This document shows, in pieces, positions 15,301 to 30,300 of a stretch of DNA of 64,000 nt. The stretch is taken from contig CM074512.1 in NCBI GenBank assembly GCA_037379345.1, positions 17,608,001 to 17,672,000 of the forward strand, written 5' to 3'. Made by a program: the position numbers and the translations under genes. Each line of letters opens with the position of its first letter. Positions within the stretch are counted from its first letter, which is position 1. The notes under the pieces were generated by a model. That model had not been told where the DNA came from. It worked only from the letters and a program-made list of their open reading frames with translations, and did not search any database. The DNA comes from Perna viridis (lineage: Eukaryota).

Positions 15301-18300
15301 TGTTTCTGTAGTAAATTGCTTTGTTCAACCTACAAAAATGTTTTAACCATAGGCTTTCTTCAGTTTCCTCTTCAGCATGTTCTCTACATCCTTTATTTGG
15401 TGTTTCTCAAAAAAAGACAAGAAAATTTAACACTTAAGAAGTCAGCACTGTACATTATGAATTGAAACAATGTCATGGAAACTTACTACCTACATCATTA
15501 ATCAAATTGTCAGGGAAAAAACACTAACCTGGAATTTCATTTGTAGATCTTTGTATTCATCACTAGAAAGATCTTCTTGTTGTAAGGCCTTCATCAGATC
15601 ATCGACCGTCTCAACTGCTTTTCTAAAGTCATTCATTCTAGAAATAAAATTGTAGCATTTAACTAGTGCACGAAGTGGTTGGCTTTAGCAAGACTATTTA
15701 TATGTAAAATAAATAAAAGATTAATTAATTAAAGGTAAACAAATGTATAACCAGTTAAGTAATGACTGAGCCCAGATGAAGCTGTTGCAATCCCAGAAGA
15801 TAATTCAAATTACTCAGTTTAATTTTTCAGGAAACCTTGAATTGTCCATGGAATATTTGATAAGCAATGACAGATACTAACTTATGATTGTATTCCTTCC
15901 ACCTCTCAGGAAGTTGTTTGAGCTGTTGATGTATATTATCTATTACTGTTTTGAGTTTTTTCCATCTGTCTAAGTGGTGATCATATCTGTCCTGTAAACT
16001 GTGATCACTTCTGTCTAGATCTGCCAGGTCTTTGGTAAATGATTCCATGGATTCTAAACATTTCGTACACATGGGTACAAACTGACCCTGATTAAATATT
16101 TGCTGTAAAGAGACAAAAGCAACATGAATATTTCGAAATTACAAATACAAGAATTTGTAAAAGATTTAAAACATCATATCTAACCTGTGAATTGTTTCAT
16201 GATAATTTTCCATTGGATAAAGTCAAGAGTTTTCCTGTATTTTAAATATATATTACACAAAACTGTTAAGTAGTAATGAACAAATAATACAATCTACCAC
16301 TGAATTAACTTACTCTGTGTTTTAAGAGTGTTTCTTTCACATTTTCATTTTTCTGTAGTTGCCTCTGTTCTTGTTGTAAAGTTTTCTCTGCAACACTGAC
16401 TTGCTCGGTGAATGTTTCTTCAGGAAGACGAAATTCTAGTTTCACCAATTTGATAGGTGCTAAGGCAAGAGTACTCTGTAAATAAATCACAACCACATAA
16501 ATGAGCATCAGTGCTATCAATTTCTCATCATTTATAAAAACACAAATACAATAAGCCCTATCTATAAACAAAAGTTCTGTATTTGATTATTACAAAATTG
16601 AATCTTCAAAGATAACATCATATTAAAGCCTTCTATATCATTTAAGGCACAAGTGAATTAAGATATTCTACACTATCTATAAAAATAATATGTCAGACAT
16701 CACATGTACTTACAAATTTCCAGAGAAAAATACCGTAAATATCTTTCCAAACATTATATTATAATTGGTGTTGTTCAAATGTCTGTTATTCTTCTTCTCA
16801 AGGTTATATACAATGTTTATATGTTGTACAATCCCATCCATGATAGCCAATATACATGCAACAGTCACATGATATAATAGAAGTCACAGTTAGAGTCTAC
16901 AGATAGTGCAAATACAGAATCAGATGGTGCTATTAGTACATTCTCCAAAAGAGAAATGCTTGGAATGTCGATGAACCATCCATCATACCATGAAGCAAAA
17001 TCCCGAAAGATGATCACGGAAAGAAAAAAGAAGTCGCAAACGAAAACATGCATTACTGAAAGGAAAGACCATGATATTAAAACAAAGATTAAGAATATTG
17101 TGTAATAATATATGGTGTTAACATGCATACATCTAAATATAAATCCTACCTTCCATTTTTCTTGCACAGATGCCATATCTTGCTGTAGTTCTGCTTTATC
17201 ACCATCATCTAGTACCATAAGAATATCTTGACCAGAACGTAAATAATCATCTAAAAGGCGCTTGTCTATTCTATTAAAGAAACCTTTGTGTTTTCTGATT
17301 AAGCTGTCTGTGTCATCTTCGTTGTCTTTTATCACAGTTTCAGCTTGTTGCAGCCAAGCAACAAGAGCTTGTTCTTTCTGAGAGTAGACTTTCCAAAGAC
17401 GAGATAAGTTTTCTAACTTCTTCTCCCAATCTTTAGCAGCAGTGATGCAGTTCTGCAGATAAATGAACATTTTTTGAAGCAGAATATAAATTATTTTTGT
17501 GCACATATTACAACACATTAGCAAAAATACTATATTGAACTGAAAAAAAAAAATGTTAGAAAAAAAATCATCTAGTCTCTAAATTTCTGCTATATTAGTT
17601 GACAAGGGTATTTATTAGGATGAAATAAATGCTCAGAATGAAATAAAATATCACATCAACATACCTGGAATCGTTCATTTGTTTGTCCCATAGGTACTTC
17701 GATATCATCAAAGTTCACATTTGTCAACTTCGGTTTTGTAGATAATACTTTTTGGTATACTTTGTTTTTACTTTCGACAATGGATTTCTGGTAAGTTGTC
17801 TCAGAGAAAAATTGCTGCAATAAAAAAATGTTTTTGTTGTCCAACAAACAATGACAAACACAAGTAAATGCTCCACAAAAAATTTAAGTCCAACAACCTT
17901 ATTGTAGCTTTAAGTTAGGTGTCTTTTGCTGATATTTCATACATTCCAAAACAACTGAACTAACCCTTATTGCATTAGATTTTTAATGGCAAAGTAGCTC
18001 ACACCACTCAAGTATATTATTCTCCTTCATTCCATGCAGTCATGACTCATTACCCTTTCATCAAGAGACTACCAATATCCCCCTATAATATTAAGTCCTT
18101 GAAAAATCCTATTTAAAGTATGCTCAAAACGATCTACATACAATCTAAAAAAAACAGTCATATTTTTTCTTATTATCTGAGGTGTACTAAAATAAAGAAT
18201 TAAAAAAAATACAGAGAAATATTTATTAATTGAATTGGAATTACCTTGTGTTTCTCGAGTCTTTCTTCAACAGCTCTTTGGTCTCCATCCATCTTATGTG

Positions 18301-21300
18301 AAGCTAAAACTGCCTCTCCTTTCTCCAACCAACTATTCAAATCCAATATTCCTGTTTCTAGAGATTCTACATTAGGAAGCACAGCCTTGAGGTATTTGAT
18401 TCTTTCTGGGATTTCTTTACGAAGTCTGACAATGATTTCTTTCTGAACATTGAGAGTTTGTAACATTTCATTTACTAAGGTTTGTTCACTATCCTTGACT
18501 AGAGATTGTGCTGTTTTTGTTGTTACTTTAAAATCATTTTCCATTTCTGCTACTTGATTTCCACAAAGCTGAAAATATTAAATTCATCAAATCTGTTTGT
18601 TTTACAAATGCTTATATGGTATTATCTCCCTTGGTCTAAACAAAACAAGGTAAAGTAAAAATGATGTGGTCATCAGTATATTTAGCTAACAATCTTGTCA
18701 ACATTTTGTCCATAATTCAATATGATTTGATTTTAACATTCATTTTAGTGGTCCTTATATTTTTTATTTCTTTGTAACTAGATGTTGAATGTTAAAATAG
18801 AATTACAAAGAGCTTACATGTTAAGTAGCACTCCAGCTAAGAATCATGCAAAATGTGATTCATGGGTAAAAAGCCTACATATTTTTATTTTTGATATTTT
18901 GTTTGAATTGCCATAGTAAACAGAAATTAACATTCAGTTTTTCATATAACCTGTGCTCTTAGGAGATAAAAAAAAATGTATAAAATGCACTGTAGATTTC
19001 AAAATTAAGGGAGATAACTCTGTAACTGACGCTCAAATACAATAGAATCTACTGGATTTTCAATGTTGATTATCTCCTAAGAGCAGGCAGATTTGAATGA
19101 ATATTACACATTTCATAGTATAGACCCATAAAATAACTTAATTACAGAAATAAAAATACGTAGCCTTTTTTAGGGTGTATCACATTTTTCAGATTTTGCA
19201 TGATTCTTACAAAGACAGCTACTTAATAGATACAAAGGTTAATTCAGTTACACATTTCTTTAAGGAAAGTAATATATCTGACATTATAAGGTAAGATCAT
19301 GCCAAAATGCACCAAGTTATAGAAATTTTTAAAAGAGACAAAAATAAATTTCACAGACCAGGTCATGTGCATAGACATTTGGTTAATTACATGATTCATT
19401 GAGGATCAATTATATATATATATGTTACATAACAACTGACAGAGAAATAATATCCTACTCTAAATTTAGACCACATGCTACCTGCTTAAATATCATGCAT
19501 ATCAGAACATCAATAAACAATGGCAGATTTTCAGTATGTATGGAACATGATATTCATGCTGAGAAATTCAAATTAAATAATGTTTTCATATTGATCAAGG
19601 AAGAGTCACTTATACAAGTCAGGAATATAAAAAAAGACACTCCTTCAACCATTACAGTCAACTTACATTTAATTTTGCTACTTCAAATGCCTGATGAATA
19701 TTAATTCATTATAGATTTATAAAAAAAAATATCTTCAGTTACAATCTAAACACATATTTAAATGTTATGTTTTAATGGGCTGAGATAGTAATAAGAGGAA
19801 GAGTGATGAACTTATTAATGAACAAATTAAGTTGAAAGATACTGGAAAAATTATTTTTTACCATGGATGAAAAAGTAAAATCTAGTCTTCTATGCAAAAA
19901 ATATTTGAAAATAATATACAATTCTTACATCAACATCCTGCAAGTGTTCTTTCAAGGCTGCATGTTGACACGGTACCTCTTGTGCCAACAGTTCCTCTGC
20001 ATTCTTTAACCATTGAGATATTCTATCAACACCTTCTTGATATTGTTTTTTTCCCTTTCCTATCACTTCAACTTTCTTAAAGTGTTGGTATCCATCAGTC
20101 AACGCATTAAATCTTTGATTTACTAAATGTGCATTCTGTTGAATTTCAGCTGCTATTGGTGGTTGACAATTTTCAATTAAGAAAGTCGCAGATTCATTCA
20201 TGAATTTCAATCTTTCCTCATACTGTGGGATTTCTGTGAAGAATTCTTCAATTTGATCTTTGTCACCACTTTGTAGTAGCTGTTCTCCATCATCTACCCA
20301 AGTGACTAATGTATCATAACAACCATTATATCTTTTCCAGTGTTCTACACCGTCCTTTAACACAGCATGTAAACTTTTTATTTCATTTGATGCTGCTTTA
20401 AACTTCTTAGATTCTTCATCAGCAAATTCATTGATTTGTTCAGCCTCTTCTTTTGCTAGAAAGACAAATGTCATTATCATTTTACCATTTACCTTTAAAA
20501 ATTATGCTATTAAAGGTATCACTGTTTATTATGAAAATACCACATTCATATAAAACTTGAGCTTCTAATTAACTCATGCAAGAAATTCACCATACTTAAT
20601 AGCATGATTGTTGTCCGAGTTGCCTTAATATTTAAAATTGTGCTTAAATTATAAATGAATTACTGTTATTAACAACATTGAACACAGACATTTTATACTA
20701 CTTACGAATATGTTTTCTGAATGCATCACCTCTCTTTTTAGTTTCAGTCAGTGTTTTCTCATATGTAGCCAGTAAATTATTATTCTGTACTTGGTCCTAT
20801 GATATAAAAAGAATTATAAATACTGAAACATATTTAAACAACTTTACAAGAGAAAAAGATTGCAACAAGCATCTTATTTTATACTGTAACTGACTGTGAT
20901 CAAGACATATCTGCCGACATACACAGGTAGAATTAGGTTCAAACAAAAATCAAAGAACAATAAGGCTTCCAGTAGACTTCACCTAAGAGAGAAATTGAGC
21001 AATCAACACACTTTGTTGATGTATTTAGTTGCTCTATTAGTTTAAAGAACACATGATCAGCCCTGTTTTGTTATCATTTACTTGTATAGGGTGATGCCCT
21101 ACCACAGCACATTTTTAAGTTGGCAAGTAGGAAAAATTTAACACAAAGGCGAAAAAAAAATAGCTTGGTGTTCTTAGTAATAATCATTAAAATGTCCAGG
21201 TCAGTACCAATACAAATGTCCTATAAAGTATAATATAAAATTTGATGACTTGGATATGTAGTTTGTATATTCCAAGAAATATTGCTTCTCAATTTACCTC

Positions 21301-24300
21301 ATAATCCTTCAATATCACTTCAACATCCTCTTGTCTGCCTAATTTGTTAGCCCAGAACTTTAATTTATCATCAGTAGCAATACTAATGTTGGCTAATCTA
21401 TATCTGTATTCATCATATTCCAATGACCTTTCTCTTTTAGGTGCTTCCTGACACACAGTCTGAAGTCTATTGTGCAAGTTTTCCATTTGAGGTGGAGGAA
21501 TGTACTCCCCTTCAAATTTTCCAGCACGTTTAACTTGCAAAAAGAATTGTTTGTAGGAATCAAGTTCCTTGAAAAAATCCTACAAAAGAAGAAAAACAGA
21601 ACAATGGTCCACTTACAAACAGCATATAATGTGACCATTCTATTCGCTACCACTCCTCCATCTGATCAAATAGATACAGGGAAGATAAAATAAGCATATA
21701 TCTTACAGAAACCCTGAAAGAACTCTTTTTATATCTATTGAATATGTATCACAATGTCTATGTGAATATAACTTTTTCTTTCATTCAAATAAAAGAATAC
21801 ACTAAAAAACTACCTTAAAAGAAATGGATCTAAATAATGATTAATTGTGACCTTTTTAAATTCTTCCTTTTGTTACTTATTAAGATAAGTCAGACCTTAT
21901 GTTCATTGAGTAGTTTAAGAATGTGTTCAGCCATTTCAGCAAAGTCATCATTTTGTTCTGGTTCTATTTCTAACATTTCTTCAGCTTGGTTCAACCAGTC
22001 TCCAAACTTGCCCAAGCGACCAGGTAAACTAGCATCAAGTTTCCATAACCACATTCGTGTTTGTCTGGCAACATCTCGCCATCTTGGTTCCAGCTCTTGC
22101 CACATTTTTGGTGTAATTTTCACAGCTTTATTATTTGCTATTTTTTCCTCTAACTTTTGGAATATTTTCAGCCTTCTGTCAAATTCAGTTTTAAAAGCAA
22201 GGTAATCCTATAAAAATAATAAAAGCCACAATGTACTCTCTGAACAGTGACACATACCTTGTAATAAACATTAAAAGGATATTACAATGTGGAAGTTATT
22301 TATAGAAATTATACTTAATCATACTAATTTTATTTCATGACATCTTGTTTTATGTTTTATGTTTTACACAGAGAAAAGGGAACACCACTCCAAATTCATT
22401 TTAGGTATAATCTCAAATGCTATTATATGAAAACATCACCATCTAACAAAGCACCAACCATATATTCCTGCACCCTGTCAGTAACAGGTTGGTCAACTAT
22501 TTGTAGGACTTCGTCAGCCTCCTCCTTAATCCAGGTCATTAAGTCATTGTAGTCTGCTAGCTCCTGCTCAGCTGGGTTCTTCCTCTTTGATAAACTAGGA
22601 TCTTCTCCAGCCTCAGGATAAGCTTTTAAAAACTGTGCCACGTAAGTCATAATAGATTTCTCATCAGGTTTCTCAACGTCAACATCTGAATAACAACAAA
22701 ATTTAAATCAATCTTTATGATCTAACATTGACTACAATTTCATTCACACTACAGTATACAGATGGGAACTTTCTAAAGTATGTAGAAATCAATCCACTCT
22801 ACATAAACTACAACTAATACAACACCCTTATAAAAAAAATGTTTATAGAAATAAGAAAATACAGAATCTTATGTATAACATGCAAACAAAAAGGAAATGT
22901 AAAATCCTAGATTTTCAAATAAAATTTAATCCATAGCAAATATTTTGTAATGGTCTACTGGTTAGAGCAAGCTTGTTGACCCTGACCTTATATCAGTCAA
23001 GACAATATGCTTAGGATCCAGATACCTAGATGGTCTGAAACAACATTTGATATTTCAAATTCTTTATTTTTTGCACCTTTTTAAAAAAAAAAAAAATCTT
23101 CAATTTCCCTCATTGAATTGTTTCTCTTCTAGGTAAAGGACATTACTATTTGTCAATTTTTCAACTGGTACTCTTCACCCAAGTGTAATGTAATGTAATC
23201 CATTTTCCTGAGAGTGGTTGGCTTTAACAACTTCCAATAACAGACAAATGAAATTGATTTCTACAATAATGGACAAACCTTCAGGGTCCAACAACCTAGG
23301 GATCCCTAGGTGTGATTCAGCCACAGAGAATGCCTGTTCCAGGTTATTTCTGGCAGTCTGTTTCCTGCACTCATCAAAATCTACCAAGTCAGGGTTAATT
23401 GTATGTACCATGGCATTAAATGCCAGTCCATCACGCCAACTCTTTCCGAAATTGGTTATTTCTATTCCATATTTCCTACAAAATATAACCAATAAGTACA
23501 TGTATATATATCTATCTACAAATATTTGATGTTGCTTTATATTAAAGTCTTGTAAAGTGTATTAAATGAATTACTATCAAAACAGACTTGTATTAAGTTA
23601 CTGCAATTTTTACAAGCCTGTGAAATTTTCATAATTTTGATGCAATTATTCCATTAACATTTTCAACTGAAAATTGCATTTAGCAAGGAATTTAAAATTT
23701 GAGTGGAAGAGAGACACTCTACCGAATAGTGAAGAAAAAACAGCTAAAGGCAAGTGCCTTGATTGACCTATGTAAACCATAAAAACAGGTGAGCAATATG
23801 AATACCAATTCAGTTGCTTGCAAAAAATGACAAATTCTAAGCAATGTGTTTCAGAATAATAGCTCATGTGTAACTCATTGTACACATGAACATACATCAT
23901 CTGTGTCCATGAAAAGTAACTTTTTAAACCCTTTCTTAAAATTATTTACAAGTGCTCTAGAAAAATTGTTTCATAAAACCCAATATGTGTAAATGATTCA
24001 GTTGTGCCACCTCAAATGTAGACAGTATTATGGTTTCACACAGAAAGTATATTGATATTTTTTTTAAATTTTTTTTTTTTTGCAAATCATACCGTTTTAT
24101 TTGCCATTCACTGCAATATGGCCAATTCCTTGAAACACATTGTTTGATAAATTAAAATATAATTAAAATATCATCAAAGATGTTCACAGTACTAAACAAG
24201 TGGTATGAGAACTTATATTTACTTTAGTTGATGAAGAGTTTTTTCACAATAAAACTTTTTAGTTTTCTTTTGCACCCAAAAAGTGCAACTTATTTAACAG

Positions 24301-27300
24301 TGAAAATGTACCCAAAAGAAAAAGCTGATCTAACCCAAAGAGCCAGTAAATACAATATACACAATCATAAAAATAACATATTTTTAATGTATGAAAGTAT
24401 TCAGGTTTTGCAAGATTTGGTATCATTTTTGTTTGTTTTTTTATAGAACCTAAAAATTTGAAGGTCGAAAAGACTAAAGTATGGATGGACAACAGCAGAG
24501 TCATATATAATCCTGTCTGATGGTATATTTGTTGTGTTTCACCATATCTGTTCTTTTTGTCCTTCATTAAGGGGAATATAATTAAACATTTGACTACAAC
24601 ACTATTGTAATGATTACAAACATACTTAGTGATAGCATTGCCAGTCCATGCTAGTAGAGCTTTCTTTGCATTCATTCTGAACTTCTCTAGAGCAGATAGA
24701 GGAACCTGTGTGCCAGAATCATCAGCATTTTGTGCAAATGTGTCTTCAATCTGAAATTAAACCATGAAATCTTAGTACCAATATCAATCATATCCTTATG
24801 TAATCATGCCCCAATGTTTAATGGAAAGCTTAATATATGTTATAATAGCCAAAACTGCTAAATAACAGTAAGGGATATCTTCCAGTCTTTCATCTAACAT
24901 AAAAAAGGATTTTCAATCATTGAAAATTTATAATATAGTTAGAACTGATAAATCAGCATAAAAGAAATATAATATGCTAGTATAAAGCTAGACAAAACAG
25001 TAAAGCAGTTAACTGATTCATATTTGAAGGGTGCATGTACATAAATTTGACAAAAAACATATGTTAAAGGATGCACATTTTACTAATAGGTAGATTAGAA
25101 TCTTAACAGGTAAAAGAAGCATTGTATTCATATTACAATATCCATGTCTTACCCAACTTTACAAGATATACTTACCTGGAAGTATAGAATGATGGTCCAG
25201 ATCAACCCTAAGACAATTGATGGTTTTCCATCTGCAATGTCTGACACATTAATGTTGACAAGCTTTATCTGTAATACCAAAAATCTCCAAATTAACAAAA
25301 AATCGATGATTTAAACAATTCTTATCGGGACTCCAACAGATTAGTAAATACAGTGACAAGGGAGAGATTATCTGCAAGAAGATTTTTGGTTAGTCAAGTT
25401 TAATCTCTCAGTAGTCACAAAAGATGGATCAATACTTCAAAAAAACAAAAAACAAAACTTTCTAAACTTTCATTTAACTAAGTTCTAAACACTCTATACA
25501 AGGATTATAGTAAGCACAAAAGTTGCTTTTTACATAATCCTATAGTTCTGCATATAGACAGCTATTACTGATCAGAAATAAACATTTTAAGATATGGAAC
25601 ACAATTCTCCAACAAGTTTAAGTTTTTCACATAAAAATGAAAATCAGACAAACAACCCAGTAATGGTACTTAGTCGATGTATAATGATATATTCAATGGT
25701 TTGACGATACCTTTTTCTGTTCTAAGAAGTTCAGTGCTGTAGATATGTTGCTGACATAGTGTACTCTCTTTAGTTTGCCCTTCTCCATTTTCTGAAGAAA
25801 AAAAGATATGATACTTTAATTTTTTCCCTCACATTTAGGCACATATTTTTTTAGAATTAATTTCATTGACATTTTATTTTCTGTTGATCTCTGCAATACC
25901 TCATATATCACAATACCAATTATATCTAATTCAGTCATACCTCAAAGTAATAAATTCTAAAAAAAATTAAAATCAAAGGATGCTGAATTGTCCAGAAATC
26001 AGTATGTTTTTTACCTCTAAAAGATTAATAACACGGCAAAGTTTTTTTTTCTTTCAAGGGGCATATTTTATGAAAAAAACATTATAAAGAATTCTTGCTT
26101 TCAGATAAGTAAAGGAATATTGATCTAATTGTTTACGCACAACTTAGTGAAATACAATGTAACTCCAAATTCTACTTAGCATTCCAACTATTAAATGCAG
26201 GTAGTTGAATTCCTAAGATTCTAACCTCTACATAACCCTACAATAGCAGACCTAAGGATATGAAAACATCAATTTAAAGCACTAAATGGAATATCATCAT
26301 AAAACAAGAGAATTCCTCTTCTAAGGAAACCCTGTATTGAGAAAGTAAAATTTAATAACCTACAATACTTTTAAATGCCCACCAAGTTAATTTGTGTGAC
26401 CTGATGGAATAGAAAATTATAATACTCTTGTGTACAATCACTTAAAAGTGTCTTACTGTTTTATCTTGGACTAAGATAAACCTGGGATCATGACAATATT
26501 TAAGATCAAAGACATTTAATTTTAAGGAATCTTCCACCATTAATAATTGAAATATTAATACAGGGTTTAAATATTGACCAAACTGAACAAGAAAATTGAT
26601 GTACAGTACAGGTATGTGATAGCTTGTCTGAGCCTGTATTAACTTTGGAGGGAATATACAGTGTAGTATTTTAGAATCAATAAATGTTGGTGGGGTAATA
26701 TATTGTTTGTGGTAAATATATTAAATTCTAGGTTAACATTTTTAAATGGTTCTTTTCAAGGAACCATTTTAATCATCAAGCATCCAACTGTTTTTCAATA
26801 CTGCATTCAGTTAATCAGTGTATTTAACTACAACTCTAATATATCCTTGACATTCAATGAGACTTGCACACTGACAAATAAAACAGTCTACTGGTTCATT
26901 ATCAAAGAGAAATAAAAGAGCACAATGGACCAATCTATTATGACAAACAGCTGAAAACTAAATATTTAACTAAATGTTTCTTCAGATCTTGCAAATGTAG
27001 CTTAAGAAAAGTTTAAAACCACTTAGATTCATTTTCCTTTATTATATGGTAGATTAAAAAGGACAATAAATACAAAACATACTGTTGTATTTGTATTGGA
27101 GTTATTGGTACCTATATTCAGTCACCTTATAGGAGTCATATGCAAAGTCATGAAAAATAAGTACATTAAAGACAAATTTATAACTCTATTCAAAGTAAAA
27201 TAGGATAATCATTTAGAAAAGGAAGGTAATTTAGTCAGAACATATGAAAACCATTGTAATTTGTAACCATATCCTTTGATAGAAAGACAGTAGCATATCT

Positions 27301-30300
27301 TTTGAAAAGATACATTACAAAGTACTGCTTCCACAATTATAATACATGCATAGAATTTCAACTTATTTCTGGAACATGCTTGAATGTTAACCTATATCAG
27401 TACACACATTATACCTGATCTTTGATCATCTTTAACATGGAATAATAGAAATATAGGGAAATAAAACAGCACTGTTGTACAAGTGCCAATTTAAGCCCCC
27501 CCCTTTAAGCTATTACATTTTCATTTTTCTTAATCTTACATTGGATAATGGACAATATATAATGGTAACTAAAAAATTAAGCTTCAGCAATTTATAAATT
27601 ATACTTTGCATTGCTCTTATAAGAATGAATAGTTGATCATGCAATTAAGTGTTGGCATAAAATAGTTCAATTAGGTTACACTGAATGGAATCAATATAAA
27701 TAGAAATAATACAGATATTGTATTGGTATCCTTATACCAGCTGTGTTATGATTAACTGATTGCCAATACATGTTACTCTTTGTTTATACCAACTTAAGCT
27801 TAATTGAAATAAATTATAACTGATGACTAACAGGCAACAAAAACTTAAGTTCACAGTATAGGTCCTGGATTATTAAGTCAAAAGTCATTATTATACTTTT
27901 AAATAACATAATAACAAGGTTTAAACAGAACATAAAATTCCTGGGCAAATAAAACATGAATTTTAAAAATTAAACATCTTATGTATTCAGTGGTGGATCC
28001 AGAATTCCAAAAGGTTGGAGGGTTGGATCCTAAGTAAAGATAATATATGCAAACAAGTGAACGGTGTGGGTTTCATCTATAACATGATGGTGATGTCTTA
28101 GAACAAGAGGCGGGTACTGGCTGTGTCCCTATTTTAGAATGGCACAGCTGAATTAGTTTTAAAAAAAAATAAAAATTAATTTAACCCAGGTCAGGTTTAG
28201 ACTGGCAGATATACCTAAATAAGATACACATACATTCATATCTTCCAATATTACTTTAATTTTTGTGTGCAAGCTTACTCTTTTAGTAAAGAATTGCAAA
28301 AAAAGTTATGGTGCAGGTTTACAAACATTTGGTTCTTGAAATTCTGCGTAATTGCAGTAGATAGTGTACATTCCATCTACAGAGGTAATGACAACTAGAC
28401 ATGAATGCACTGGTGTTTAAAAATTACTTTCCACAATAATTATACTGGATTTAAACAATTTACTCTGTATAATGGGCTAAACCAGGTTAAAACTTGCACA
28501 TACCACCCTATCACCTTCTTTCAAGTCAAAGTTTGTATTTAAAAATTGGTTCAATATATTATAGCCTATCGGGGTACTGTATGAGAAATTTTGTTGATAC
28601 CATCACTTATAACTGAACTTAATGAACTAAGATGAAAGTTCCTTATCTTAATACATGTATAGGTTTAGCAACATGGCAAGTTCTGTCCACCCTTCCATAT
28701 CAAAGCAAATCATTATACTTGTAATTATAGCTATAAAAGATGAAAGCATTAAAATTCTTTACATTAAAGCAAGTAGGTCTAAGAGGAAGATCCTGCCTAT
28801 GAAGTACTGAGTTGATACAATCAATCCACCAACAGTTATATAATATCTCACTTCTACTTGTTAATATCATTAAAAACAAAACCATAAATGTCATCCTTGC
28901 CAAATTAGACTGCAGGTTATGCAAATCTAGTTGCACAAATATGTCAAATAGTTAATAGCTAAAGGCAAAGTATTTCAGTTTTGAATGCAATATGTATATA
29001 AAATCTACCTTTTTCTGTGATACAAAGTGAATAAGACGGTCAAAAATATTGCAATTTCAAATTACTTGTATAAAATAATTTGTGTTTTCTAAAGAAAATA
29101 AAGGTAAAGTCCATAATACATGGTTAAAATAACTTACCAATTTTTCTCCAGAAAGCACCTCCAATAATGATAATAGATACACTCCATCTTTTATGTCTTC
29201 GAAAAGGTTCTCCACTTTCATGTTTTTCTACAAAAATAATAAAATGGCATTGATTGTTATCGTGGTAAAAGGTAAAGACTGTACTAAAAAGTATTAAGGA
29301 ACTTTCATGGAACCACATGAAACTTTTGATCAGTAATTTTAATTTGTGCTCAGCATTTCATATTAGTCACATAAAATTCTAGCTTATACACTGCTGAATA
29401 GATGTGGTTGGTTGATGGGTTCCTAACCAATGGATTACATCTCAGTATACAAGGTGTTAGAAAAAAACAAAATGTATGGACTTAAGTTAGCTACAAAACA
29501 AAGGCTATGACTTCAATAAAATAGGCTAGTACTACCAGAGTTTGATAAACTCCTACCCTAATCTACAGAGAAAAAAAAAAACAGAATTTAGTAAGTCAGA
29601 TACTAAAATTTTCAGAAACATTATTTACTTAAGAAAAAAGAAAATAAACCACTCAGAGTAAACAGTATGATATCCTAACAAACAGTTATGCATGTATATC
29701 ATACTTATCATACTTACATTACGGTGCCTCTATAAATTCAGATAAATTTTTGATGTTACAAAAAATAGTTATTGATAAAAAATGAAAAGGCAATGCAGTA
29801 CAACTGTCGGTATCTACCTAATATTTCAAGTCACTCTAAAAGTGATTCCATATAAGAAATCTCCTAGCCAATGCCCATTACAGTGTGTCAAGCACTTTTT
29901 GGGTCCAAAAATCAGGAAATCAGAAATTTTTTAACATAAAAAGTTATGTAATAATACAAAATTCCATGAAAAAGGCTGCATTCCACCCCTCTCAGTAAGA
30001 GCTTTTTGGAATTGTAGCAATTTAAGAAGCAACACTTTGAAAGAAAATCCCTCCTATAGCTGCCTACATGAAGTGACATTGTGTGACATTTATTGAGGAA
30101 AAGTCAAAATTTAAATGTAAAACAGCAACCTAATGAATACACAATATCATTCTTGGCAATATACATTCAGTTTTACTTGTATAACACTATGAAATATATA
30201 AATATTTCTACATTTTTTTTCTTTGGGGGGTTTCACAAAGGTTTAAAATCAGGAGTTTTTATCAGGAGTTTCTCATGAAAATTAAGGAAGAAATCAGGAA

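Noticed and set aside
22950-23035. tRNA A-box-like TGGTCTACTGGTTAGAGCA
   Set aside because: No B-box at proper spacing and no cloverleaf; at most a decayed SINE remnant
1296-23529. Plus-strand ORFs overlapping nesprin exons (e.g. 3814-4119, 8620-8895, 21837-22205, 23218-23529)
   Set aside because: Antisense shadows of coding exons; no motifs or splice structure of their own
28279-28376. 98-nt ORF with AG|ATG start and GTAAGC donor ([13 protein letters not shown]...)
   Set aside because: Ends in phase 2 inside a phase-0 intron, so it would frameshift CH1; the nearest compatible acceptor requires skipping three exons
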